DNA of 64,000 nt from an uncultured Erysipelotrichaceae bacterium (GTDB lineage: Bacteria > Bacillota_I > Bacilli_A > Erysipelotrichales > Erysipelotrichaceae): the NCBI GenBank assembly GCA_903789495.1, contig CAIFEQ010000007.1, forward strand, positions 2,414 through 66,413, given 5' to 3'. Under the pieces are notes generated by a model that was given only the letters and a program-made list of their open reading frames with translations, did no database searches and had not been told where the DNA came from. Below are positions 8,466-16,096 of this stretch, piece after piece (position 1 is the first letter of the stretch; every line of letters begins with the position of its first letter). Made by a program: the position numbers and the translations under genes.

Positions 8466-9182
8466 ATGAAGGTACGGATGCTCAAACGCTTCGGCCTGGC
8501 CCTTCTGCTGGCCGGTCTGATCCTGGTGTGTCTGGGGATCGGGTTTTCCCTGCGCCTGCAGATGGAGCTGCATCTGGTGACCACCTACGTGGCATCCCAT
8601 GACCTGCCGCCCCGCACCCTGGTGACCGAGGAGGATCTGCTGGAAATCGAGGTTCCCCAGGCCTATCTGCAGGGCTATACCTATAACCGTAAGGAAGACA
8701 TCATCGGCAAGTACACGGACCTGCAGGGCCGGATTCCGGCCGGTTCCTGTTTCTATTTCGGGATGCTGAAAAAGGCGGAGGATCTGCCGGACTATCCGAC
8801 GACCCTCCTGCTGGAAGGGCAGTCGGCCTATTCGCTGGAAACGGATCTGGCCCGCTGCGGCGGCACCCTGCAGCCCGCACAGCGGGCGGATGTCTTCGTC
8901 ACCCTGCAGACGGAGCAGGAGACCCTGACCGGCTGTCTCTTCCGGCATGCCCGGATCCTGGCCGTCAAGGACCATAACGGCCTGGACCTGCAGGCGGAGG
9001 ACAGCTCGGGCATTCCCTATCTGGTCATCCTGGCCATTCCCAGCCAGGAGGTGGCGGTGCTGGCCCGGGCCGAGGCACAGGGGGAAGTGCGGCTGATCGC
9101 CTCCAGCGAGACCTATGACGCGCAGAAGGAAGCGGTACCGGTCACGGATGGCGAGGTGTACCGCCTGCTCAGCGGCTCATAA
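8466..9182 (+). CDS. CpaB/RcpC-like SAF-domain protein (Flp pilus assembly protein-like), orphan
   Basis: N-terminal TM helix. SAF-like segment VASHDLPPRTLVTEEDLLEIEVPQAYL. C-terminal ADVFVTLQ...ARILAVKD...LAIPSQEVAVLARAEAQGEVRL, as in CpaB. Confidence 0.55.
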   Translation: MKVRMLKRFGLALLLAGLILVCLGIGFSLRLQMELHLVTTYVASHDLPPRTLVTEEDLLEIEVPQAYLQGYTYNRKEDIIGKYTDLQGRIPAGSCFYFGMLKKAEDLPDYPTTLLLEGQSAYSLETDLARCGGTLQPAQRADVFVTLQTEQETLTGCLFRHARILAVKDHNGLDLQAEDSSGIPYLVILAIPSQEVAVLARAEAQGEVRLIASSETYDAQKEAVPVTDGEVYRLLSGS

Positions 9183-9183
9183 C

Positions 9184-9213
9184 AAAAAACCGTCCGCAGA
9201 CCGGACGGCTTTC
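9184..9213. terminator. Bidirectional hairpin, with the strong T-run on the minus strand after tRNA-His
   Basis: AAAAAACCGTCCG-cagac-CGGACGG; minus-strand reading ends in TTTTTT. Confidence 0.7.
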
Positions 9214-9223
9214 CGTAGCCATA

Positions 9224-9302
9224 TGGGGCGATTGATGGGACTCGAACCCACGAAATGCTGGAGCCACAATCCAGTGTGTTAACCAACTTCACCACAACCG
9301 CC
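9224..9302 (-). tRNA. tRNA-His(GTG): tRNA-His (anticodon GTG)
   Basis: Reverse complement: GGCGGTTGTGGTGAAGTTGGTTAACACACTGGATTGTGGCTCCAGCATTTCGTGGGTTCGAGTCCCATCAATCGCCCCA. Extra 5' G(-1), anticodon arm CTGGA-TTGTGGC-TCCAG, GTTCGAGTC T-loop, encoded CCA. Confidence 0.93.
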
Positions 9303-9328
9303 AGAGGCATTAATTATGATATCTTAAA

Positions 9329-10036
9329 ATGGTGTCGAGTGCAAGACAGCTGTCCGCCCTGATCGGCGGCAAAACAGAACCGGTGGAAGTGACCAGGCGG
9401 CGCGGCATGCGCCGCCTCGTGCTGCGGGTCGCCGAGGATCATCTGCGCATCTCCTGTCCGTATGGCGTCAGCGAGCAGGAGATCCTTTCCTTTGTGTACA
9501 GCCGCGAGGCCTGGATCCTCGATACCCGCCGGCGCCAGGAGCGGGAGTCCCGCATCAATCAGGAAGGCGAAACCGGCGGGGTGATCTACTGGCTGGGCGA
9601 GCCGGAACGGGTAGTCCTCAGGAGCGGGGAGCGGCAGCCGGCCTATGTGGATGGCGGTCAGATCTTCTTCCAGCTGTCGGAACCTTCACCTAAGCAGGTG
9701 CAGGCAGCCTTCCGGGCCCTGGCCCGGCAGAAGCTGCAGGAGCTGATCACGGGCGAACGCGAACAATGGGATCTCCGGATCTGTCAGGCCAGCGGTCTGC
9801 CGCTGCCGCAGATTGCCTTACGCTACATGACCAGCCGCTGGGGTGTGTGCCATCTGCGCACGAACCAGATCACCCTGAGCACCCGGCTGATCCACTATCC
9901 GGAATGCGGTCTGCAGGCGGTGCTGCTGCATGAATATGCGCATCTCCTGGTACCCCGTCATGACGCCCGTTTCTATGCCGTGGTGCACCGTTTCATGCCG
10001 GATTATGAGGAGCGGATCCGGGTCCTGAAGGTCTGA
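9329..10036 (+). CDS. YgjP-like (DUF45/SprT-like) metal-dependent hydrolase
   Basis: C-terminal HEYAHLLVPRHDARFYAVVHRFMPDY (HExxH-type motif) and RWGVCHLRTNQITLSTRLI, typical of DUF45. Confidence 0.8.
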   Translation: MVSSARQLSALIGGKTEPVEVTRRRGMRRLVLRVAEDHLRISCPYGVSEQEILSFVYSREAWILDTRRRQERESRINQEGETGGVIYWLGEPERVVLRSGERQPAYVDGGQIFFQLSEPSPKQVQAAFRALARQKLQELITGEREQWDLRICQASGLPLPQIALRYMTSRWGVCHLRTNQITLSTRLIHYPECGLQAVLLHEYAHLLVPRHDARFYAVVHRFMPDYEERIRVLKV

Positions 10037-10095
10037 TGTTTCAAAGAATTTTTCATGTTTTTACAAAATTTTCATATTTCCGGCCGGCGGACGGA

Positions 10096-10123
10096 TTGCA
10101 CAAAAACATAATTCCGGTACAAT
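10096..10123 (+). promoter_or_regulatory. Sigma-70-type promoter TTGCAC-16 nt-TACAAT
   Basis: Good -35/-10 pair. Two AT-rich direct repeats (AATTTTTCATGTTT at 10047-10060 and AAATTTTCATATTT at 10066-10079) lie just upstream. Confidence 0.6.
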
Positions 10124-10167
10124 GAAAGTAGAAGTTCCGTAACCGGATTGAAACAGGAGAATAAACC

Positions 10168-10269
10168 ATGAAGGATGCAGAAAGAACTCTTTTTAACGGA
10201 CGGATGACGCTTGCCGGGGAGGTTCTCCTTTTAGCCCGGGGACGGGACAGCAGAGGGTCGGATTTTTAG
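10168..10269 (+). CDS. Candidate 33-codon leader peptide
   Basis: SD GGAG sits 9 nt upstream of the ATG. MKDAERTLFNGRMTLAGEVLLLARGRDSRGSDF, and the stop TAG overlaps the 5' arm of the downstream terminator. Confidence 0.4.
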   Translation: MKDAERTLFNGRMTLAGEVLLLARGRDSRGSDF

Positions 10270-10297
10270 GATGGACAGCAGTATGCCCATCCTTTTT
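10269..10297 (+). terminator. Intrinsic terminator / attenuator between the leader ORF and the ankyrin gene
   Basis: GGATGGACA-gcagta-TGCCCATCC (8 bp plus one mismatch) followed by TTTTT. It lies inside a 5' UTR, not after a gene. Confidence 0.6.
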
Positions 10298-10334
10298 GTC
10301 CATATAGATCAACATAGAAATGGAGGAGATTAAT

Positions 10335-11012
10335 ATGGATCAGGTTAACCAGGAATTCTTCGATGCGGCGGCGGCAGGAGAATTCGAAAAGGTCTGTGCC
10401 GGAGTTGCCAAGGGCGCGGATGTCAACATTGCGAATGGTGACGGACGTACCGCTCTGATGCGCAGCGCGAAGCGGGGCTATACGGACATTGTCCGTTTCC
10501 TGCTGGATAATGGTGCGGATACCCGCATGCGGGACAAGAACAACAAGACGTGCCTGATGGGTGCGGCCAAGAAGGGTCATCTGGACATCTGCAAGATGCT
10601 GGTGGAAGCGGGTGCCAATGTCAATGCGTTTGACAACCGGGGCCGGACTTCGCTGATGCGGGCGGCGCTGCTGGGTGAGACGGAAGTCTGTGCCTACCTG
10701 ATTGAGCAGGGTGCGGACGTCAATGCCAAGGATGCGGACGGCCGGACGGCGCTGATGGAAGCGGTCAATGCCTACAAGGGCGATATCATCAAGCTGCTGG
10801 TCGATCACGGGGCGGATATCAATGCCCAGGACAGCCGCGGCTGCACCGCGCTGATGCGGGCGGCCTACATCGGCTATCCGGAACTCGTCCAGTTCCTGCT
10901 GGATCACGGCGCCGACAAGAAGGTCGAAGACTATGAGGGCCGTCTGGCCATTCACTACGTCCGGAAAGAATGCTTCAACGATCTGAAGGATATCCTCAAG
11001 GTAGAGGAATGA
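10335..11012 (+). CDS. Ankyrin-repeat protein (six repeats)
   Basis: Six G-A-D/N-x-N...G-R/K-T-A/C-L-M units (GADVNIANGDGRTALM, GADTRMRDKNNKTCLM, GANVNAFDNRGRTSLM, GADVNAKDADGRTALM, GADINAQDSRGCTALM, GADKKVEDYEGRLAIH). ATG 10335 follows SD GGAGGAG; the track ORF opens at 10320. Confidence 0.9.
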   Translation: MDQVNQEFFDAAAAGEFEKVCAGVAKGADVNIANGDGRTALMRSAKRGYTDIVRFLLDNGADTRMRDKNNKTCLMGAAKKGHLDICKMLVEAGANVNAFDNRGRTSLMRAALLGETEVCAYLIEQGADVNAKDADGRTALMEAVNAYKGDIIKLLVDHGADINAQDSRGCTALMRAAYIGYPELVQFLLDHGADKKVEDYEGRLAIHYVRKECFNDLKDILKVEE

Positions 11013-11030
11013 CAGGAGAACGGACGAGCC

Positions 11031-13103
11031 ATGAAAGACTATAAAGCCAGTGATGTCCGGAACGTCGTCGTTCTGGGCCATTCCGGGGCAGGCAAGAGTA
11101 CCCTGATCGAAGCCTGCCTGTACTATACGAAAGCGATTGAAAAATTCGGGGCTGCCAATGACGGCACCACCCCGCTGAACTTTGATGCCGAAGAGGGCAG
11201 ACGCGGCCTGAGCTGCTATATGCACCTGGCACCGGTGGAGTGGCAGGACCGGAAGATCAACTTCATCGATACCCCGGGCTATATGGACTATGAAGGGGAA
11301 GAAGTCACCGGCCTGACGGTCGGGGACAATGCCCTGATTGTCGTCAATGCCAAGGAAGGGGTCGAGGCCGGCACGGAGCGGGCCTGGAAGGAAGCGGTCC
11401 TCAAGCGCAAGCTGCCGACCATCTTCTTCGTGAACAAGATGGATGACCCCAATGCCCACTTTGCCGAGGCCCTGGAAAAACTGCGGGATCAGTTCGGCAA
11501 GACCGTGATTCCGTTTGAGATGCCGATCATTCAGGACGGCAAGTACCTGGGTTCGGTGAATATCCTGCGCCGCAAGGCCTGGTATCTGGACAAGCCGGAG
11601 GAACCGCAGAATGTGCCGGCGGAGATGGTTGACCAGGTCGAAGAATACTATCAGGAAATCGCCGAAGCGATCGCCATGACCGATGAGGATCTGATGGAGA
11701 AGTTTGTCGGCGGGGATCTGTTTGACGAAGCCGAGATTGCCAAGGGCCTTAGGATCGGGGTGCGCAGCGGCGATATCCGCCCGGTGTACAGCGGTTCGGC
11801 AGCCGATCAGATCGGCATCCGCAGAATTCTCGATCTGATCACCGAATACTTCCCCAGCTATGCCGAGAAGGGCTCCATTGCGGCCAAGAATGCGCAGGGC
11901 GAAGAAGTCCTGCTGGAAACCAACGAGAACGAAAAGCTGTCGGCCTTTGTCTTCAAGACCACGATCGACCCGTTTGTCGGCCGGATTTCCTACCTGAAGA
12001 TCATGAGCGGACAGATGAGCTCGGATTCCCAGGTGTACAATTCGACCCGGGAACAGACTGAGAAGGTCAGCCAGGTCTATGTCATCAACGGCAAGTATCA
12101 GGTCGGCGTGGGCAAGCTGTTCACCGGCGACATCGGTGCCGTGGTCAAGCTGCAGTACACCCTGACCGGCGATACGCTGTGCGATCCCAGCCTGCCGGTG
12201 CACTATGATCCGATCACCTATCCGCAGCCCAACCTGGGCATGGCCATCTGGCCGAAGACCAAGGCGGACGAGGACAAGATGTCGGTCGGCATCCGCAACC
12301 TGTGCGAAGAGGATCACACCATCCGTCTGGACAAGAATGCCGAGACCCATGAGCAGGTGCTCTATGGTCTGGGCGACCAGCACATCGATCTGGTCCTGAG
12401 CAAGCTGAAGTCCAAGTACAAGGTTGAAGTCGACACCACCGTGCCGACCGTACAGTACCGGGAGACTATCCGGGGCAAGGCCGAAGCCCAGGGCAAGTAC
12501 AAGAAGCAGAACGGCGGCGCCGGTCAGTACGGCGATGTCTGGGTCCGCTTCGAGCCGTGTGATTCGGAAGACATGGTCTTTGCCGAGGAAGTCTTCGGCG
12601 GTGCCGTGCCCAAGCAGTACTTCCCGGCCGTGGAACAGGGCCTGCGGGAGTGCATGAACAAGGGCGTCCTGGCCGGCTTCAAGGTCGTGGGCGTCAAGGC
12701 GACGCTGTATGACGGTTCCTACCATCCGGTCGACTCCAAGGAAGTGGCCTTCAAGGAAGCGGCCCGTCTGGCCTATAACAACGCCATGCCCAATGCCAAG
12801 CCGGTTCTGCTGGAACCGATCTCCAAGGTCACGGTCACGGCGCCGGAGGACTACACCGGCACCCTGATGGGCGACTTCACGAAGCGGCGCGGCATCATCC
12901 TGGATATGGGCGTCAATGAGGACGGTGATCAGTTCATCACGGCCGAGGTTCCGACCGCCGAGATGATGACCTATGCCAACGAACTGCGTTCCATGACGCA
13001 GGGCCGCGGCAAGTTCACGATTGCCTTCGAACGCTACCAGCCGGCGCCGCAGGACGTGGCCGACAAGGTCATCGCCGCCGCCAAGGCCAAGAAGGAAGCC
13101 TGA
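11031..13103 (+). CDS. Elongation factor G paralog (EF-G II-like translational GTPase)
   Basis: G1 GHSGAGKST, G3 DTPGY (Tyr in place of the catalytic His), G4 NKMD. Domain IV loop QNGGAGQYGDV (Asp in place of His). Domain V and C-terminus align with EF-G (KPVLLEPI, ELRSMTQGRG). Confidence 0.9.
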   Translation: MKDYKASDVRNVVVLGHSGAGKSTLIEACLYYTKAIEKFGAANDGTTPLNFDAEEGRRGLSCYMHLAPVEWQDRKINFIDTPGYMDYEGEEVTGLTVGDNALIVVNAKEGVEAGTERAWKEAVLKRKLPTIFFVNKMDDPNAHFAEALEKLRDQFGKTVIPFEMPIIQDGKYLGSVNILRRKAWYLDKPEEPQNVPAEMVDQVEEYYQEIAEAIAMTDEDLMEKFVGGDLFDEAEIAKGLRIGVRSGDIRPVYSGSAADQIGIRRILDLITEYFPSYAEKGSIAAKNAQGEEVLLETNENEKLSAFVFKTTIDPFVGRISYLKIMSGQMSSDSQVYNSTREQTEKVSQVYVINGKYQVGVGKLFTGDIGAVVKLQYTLTGDTLCDPSLPVHYDPITYPQPNLGMAIWPKTKADEDKMSVGIRNLCEEDHTIRLDKNAETHEQVLYGLGDQHIDLVLSKLKSKYKVEVDTTVPTVQYRETIRGKAEAQGKYKKQNGGAGQYGDVWVRFEPCDSEDMVFAEEVFGGAVPKQYFPAVEQGLRECMNKGVLAGFKVVGVKATLYDGSYHPVDSKEVAFKEAARLAYNNAMPNAKPVLLEPISKVTVTAPEDYTGTLMGDFTKRRGIILDMGVNEDGDQFITAEVPTAEMMTYANELRSMTQGRGKFTIAFERYQPAPQDVADKVIAAAKAKKEA

Positions 13104-13127
13104 GCTTCTTCTGCATGCGTATCAACA

Positions 13128-13150
13128 GGGCAGCCCCCAGGCTGCCCTTT
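13128..13150 (+). terminator. Intrinsic terminator after the EF-G paralog
   Basis: GGGCAGCC-ccca-GGCTGCCC followed by TTT. Confidence 0.75.
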
Positions 13151-13194
13151 GAAATTGCCAAAACCGGCAGCCGGGGCTAAAATGAGGAGCGCAT

Positions 13195-13281
13195 GCCAGT
13201 GTGATGGAATTGGTAGACGTAGTGGACTCAAAATCCACCGGTAGCGATACCGTGCCGGTTCGACTCCGGTCACTGGCACCA
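13195..13281 (+). tRNA. tRNA-Leu(CAA): tRNA-Leu (anticodon CAA)
   Basis: GCCAGTG acceptor stem pairs with CACTGGC. Anticodon arm GTGGA-CTCAAAA-TCCAC, long variable arm, GGTTCGACTCC T-arm, encoded CCA. Confidence 0.93.
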
Positions 13282-13296
13282 TGCTTTTCTGCCCGA

Positions 13297-13321
13297 GGCC
13301 GCCTGACAGAGGCGGTCTTTT
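13297..13321 (+). terminator. Intrinsic terminator after tRNA-Leu
   Basis: GGCCGCCT-gacag-AGGCGGTC followed by TTTT. Confidence 0.7.
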
Positions 13322-13386
13322 GGGTACGGTTTCAGCTTGTCAAAAATCCGGCTTCTGGCTATTCTGAGAACAGAAAGGAGCTTTTC

Positions 13387-13734
13387 ATGGAAAAGTCTGA
13401 ACTGATTGAAGTTGCCAAAAAGATGATGGCAGCGAATTCCTGCTGTGAGGAAGCCAAGACGGCACTGGATGCCTGGATCAAGGCAGTCGGCACACCGCAG
13501 GAAAAGGAAGCTGCGCAGAAGCTGGTGGCGGAGCTGGAAGAGGATGTCACGCCGATTGACGGCCTGATCGGCTTCCTGCAGGGCCCGGCCAAGAAGCTGA
13601 TGGGCGAAGAGAAGGCCGGTGCCATGCTCAAGAAAGCCGAGGAAGCCAAGGCGGCCGGCGAAGACACCTGCATCTGCGACGCCTGCCAGGCGGGCAAGAT
13701 TCTGCTGCAGAACAAGGAAGTTCTGCTGGGCTGA
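13387..13734 (+). CDS. Small helical Cys-containing protein of unknown function
   Basis: MEKSELIEVAKKMMAANSCCEEAKTALDAWIKAVG...EDTCICDACQAGKILLQNKEVLLG. The ATG follows the tRNA terminator. Coding-like GC3 bias. Confidence 0.65.
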   Translation: MEKSELIEVAKKMMAANSCCEEAKTALDAWIKAVGTPQEKEAAQKLVAELEEDVTPIDGLIGFLQGPAKKLMGEEKAGAMLKKAEEAKAAGEDTCICDACQAGKILLQNKEVLLG

Positions 13735-13747
13735 TTCCGTACGCCTT

Positions 13748-13774
13748 CTGCCGGAGCTGATCCGGCAGTTTTTT
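13748..13774 (+). terminator. Intrinsic terminator
   Basis: CTGCCGGA-gctga-TCCGGCAG followed by TTTTTT. Confidence 0.8.
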
Positions 13775-13870
13775 CCGGGAGTAAAGAGGGCTGCCGGCAG
13801 CGGCAGGCAGTCAGAAAGACCTGATTCCGCCAGACGGAAATCAGGCCTTTTCTTTGCCGCGGGCGCCGAG

Positions 13871-14323
13871 CTACTGCTGATGCAGCTTTTCGTTCAGGGT
13901 GCGGACTCTGCCTTTCCAGATCCAGTACTGGAGCAGCCAGATGATCACGAAGATGATGGCGAAGATGATGACATAGGTCCCCACACCGGAGGCGGTATGC
14001 GCCATCCAGCCCGTCGCATAGGCAACCGGGAAGTACACGACGCAGATCACCGCCAGGTAGGTGCCGGTCTGCTTTGCCAGGCTCCAGGACTCCATCTCCC
14101 AGATCACGGAAGCCATGCCCATGCCGGCCCCCAGCAGGCAGCTGAGCACGGTCTGCAGCACGACGGCATTCAGCTCACTTCCGGCGGTTTCGAGCAGGTA
14201 CTCGGTGACCGGATAAAACGTGCCGTCCCCGATCCACAGGGAAATCAGCACAGTCACCACAAAGCAGATGGCAATGCCCAGGGGAATACCCAGAAGACCT
14301 CTCATGACAAGCTTCTTTTTCAT
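13871..14323 (-). CDS. DUF3021-type multi-pass membrane protein
   Basis: MKKKLVMRGLLGIPLGIAICFVVTVLISLW..., four predicted TM helices. Strong SD GGAGAGGG before ATG 14323. Lies immediately downstream of the LytTR gene. Confidence 0.75.
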   Translation of the reverse strand: MKKKLVMRGLLGIPLGIAICFVVTVLISLWIGDGTFYPVTEYLLETAGSELNAVVLQTVLSCLLGAGMGMASVIWEMESWSLAKQTGTYLAVICVVYFPVAYATGWMAHTASGVGTYVIIFAIIFVIIWLLQYWIWKGRVRTLNEKLHQQ

Positions 14324-14336
14324 AACCCTCTCCTTT

Positions 14337-14774
14337 CTACAGACCAAGCTGCTGCCTGATCTTTTTCACATACCGACGGGATACATAGGTGACGGTTCCA
14401 TTGGTCAGGGAAACGCAGATGGTTCCGGCAAAGCTCAGGTCAAAATTTCTGACCCGGTTCAGATTGATGATCTCGGAATTGGAAATCCGGACAAACGGAC
14501 TGCCCAGCCGTTCTTCCAGTTCGTACAGCCGCAGTCTGAGAACATAGGTTTTATCTTTGGTTTCCGCATAGACCTTGCCTTCGGAGGCATACACGTGATA
14601 GATTTCCTCAAATGCCAGCATCGTTACCGTGTCTTCCTCAAAAGCAGCGATCATGCGGGGCTGATCCTCACTCAGCCGTTTCATCAGTGCGGCAATTTCC
14701 GCGGTCATCCTGGGCGCGTAGATCACGGCCTTCGGTTCCCTGCAGTCGGCGCTGATCTTCAGCTCAACCTGCAT
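14337..14774 (-). CDS. LytTR-family DNA-binding protein (no receiver domain)
   Basis: C-terminal LYELEERLGSPFVRISNSEIINLNRVRNFD...YVSRRYVKKIRQQL is a LytTR domain. Start at MQVELK. Confidence 0.8.
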   Translation of the reverse strand: MQVELKISADCREPKAVIYAPRMTAEIAALMKRLSEDQPRMIAAFEEDTVTMLAFEEIYHVYASEGKVYAETKDKTYVLRLRLYELEERLGSPFVRISNSEIINLNRVRNFDLSFAGTICVSLTNGTVTYVSRRYVKKIRQQLGL

Positions 14775-14888
14775 GGGATCACCTCCCCTCCACACTCACT
14801 ATATAAAAGAACCCCTGTCCTGAATCCACAAAGTCTGAACAGGTGGTCGTTTCCGGCCTATAAGTGGCTGTTTTCGGGGTTCTGCCGT

Positions 14889-14912
14889 GAAAAAAACCAG
14901 CCGGGGCTGGTT
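14889..14912 (-). terminator. Intrinsic terminator overlapping the stop of the phosphatase gene
   Basis: Minus strand: AACCAGC-cccg-GCTGGTT followed by TTTTTT. Confidence 0.75.
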
Positions 14913-16096
14913 CAGTTCATCTGGATACGGACGATGCGGCCCATCTGCCGCAGACTTTCTGCCATTTCCCGGATGAGGGAAATCTTGGCACTCAGGGAGA
15001 TGGGGGAGTAGCGGATCGCCTCGTGGGCGGGGTTGTCGCTCTGACCGACCAGGAAACGGATGCCGCTGGAGTTCAGCAGCAGCCGGCAGAGGCAGCTGGC
15101 GCCATCCTCTTCCCGGTTGTGGCTGAGTTCTTCCTCAAAGTCGGGATCCTGGGCCGCCTTGCGGAGCAGGTGCTGCACCCGCTGCAGGGTCAGGACGCCT
15201 TCGGTGACCAGATCAATGCCCTGGATATAGCCTTTCGGCGGCAGGCCGCCGGCATGACTGAGATCGGTATCGACCTTCAGCTCGCGTTCCAGCACCCGGG
15301 CGACGACCTCGCTGGTGGTGCCGCCGCAGCAGATCTTATAGCCGCTGGCCTGCATCAGCTGACCGACAATCTTTTCGTCGTCTTCCTTGTGCAGTGGCGG
15401 GCCGACCATGACCCGGGTCTCTCTGGCCTTGATGACGCGCAGGCAGGCCACCGTGGAATCATCCCCCGGCCGGCCGCCATAGAGATAATTGACATTGGCC
15501 AGCAGGAGCCGGGTGATATCCCGGGCACTGTCTTCCGGACGCACCTTGGTTTCCATGAACTCGGCGATCTGGGGTTCCCCCCAGCCCAGGTTCAGCACCA
15601 TGCCCAGACCGGCATGGACGATGCCGTCGGAGAAGGTGATGAAGACATCCCCCGGCCGGGCATGCATCTTCATCAGATGAACCTGCTTGCCCGAGAGGGT
15701 CAGGACGTCTTCATGCAGGTGCAGCAGATGGCCGTTGCGCAGGATCAGCACGGCCGGGCTGTCAAACTGGGCAATGGTGGTCTCGCCGCTGTAGCGGATC
15801 TGAATGATCGAAAAGGTGGAGTAGGCGATGCCCCGCTCCCTGTCCACCGGCAGGGTGCTGGCGATGGTCTCCACGCAGTCCTGCAGGGAAAGGCCGCCAT
15901 ACAGCATCTCGGAGATGATCGTACTGGTCAGGGTCGACAGGACATTGGCAATCACGCCGGAACCCAGGCCGTCGGCCAGCACCAGCACCAGACCGTCATC
16001 GGAACGGCGGATCTGCACCCGGTCGCCGCACAGTTCTTCCTGGTCCTTGTTCAGCGAGCGCCAGGAAGTCTGGATATGAATCTGTTCACTGCTCAT
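14912..16096 (-). CDS. PP2C/SpoIIE-family protein phosphatase with a C-terminal extension
   Basis: ELCGDRVQI, LVLADGLGSGVIANVLS, FITFSDGIVHAG and GGRPGDDSTV are PPM/SpoIIE motifs. About 170 extra C-terminal residues. The start overlaps the hydS stop by 11 nt. Confidence 0.85.
   Translation of the reverse strand: MSSEQIHIQTSWRSLNKDQEELCGDRVQIRRSDDGLVLVLADGLGSGVIANVLSTLTSTIISEMLYGGLSLQDCVETIASTLPVDRERGIAYSTFSIIQIRYSGETTIAQFDSPAVLILRNGHLLHLHEDVLTLSGKQVHLMKMHARPGDVFITFSDGIVHAGLGMVLNLGWGEPQIAEFMETKVRPEDSARDITRLLLANVNYLYGGRPGDDSTVACLRVIKARETRVMVGPPLHKEDDEKIVGQLMQASGYKICCGGTTSEVVARVLERELKVDTDLSHAGGLPPKGYIQGIDLVTEGVLTLQRVQHLLRKAAQDPDFEEELSHNREEDGASCLCRLLLNSSGIRFLVGQSDNPAHEAIRYSPISLSAKISLIREMAESLRQMGRIVRIQMN

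Noticed and set aside
10266-12725. Very long antisense ORFs in the track: 819 aa here, plus 662-1954(-), 5712-7019(-), 17976-19655(-), 24761-26419(+), 35414-36907(-), 47140-48555(-), 52522-54486(-) and others.
   Set aside because: Each lies opposite a gene with clear family motifs. Their translations are Arg/Gly/His/Asp/Pro-rich and low in complexity, with no recognisable motifs. This is the expected stop-poor shadow frame of GC3-rich coding sequence.
11031-13103. EF-G paralog as a Tet(M)/Tet(O)-type ribosomal protection (tetracycline resistance) gene, suggested by the attenuator-like leader.
   Set aside because: The sequence follows EF-G through all five domains, including the GGxGQYG domain IV loop and the C-terminus. 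It carries the DTPGY / GHSGAGKS signature that I associate with EF-G II rather than the Tet(M) N-terminus (AHVDAGKTT). A resistance role cannot be claimed from the sequence.
9224-13281. tRNA genes (His, Leu, Trp/Glu, Gly) as possible integration sites flanking genomic islands.
   Set aside because: No integrase, recombinase, transposase, direct repeats of tRNA 3' ends or phage/plasmid genes are visible next to any of them. Base composition around them matches the rest of the window.
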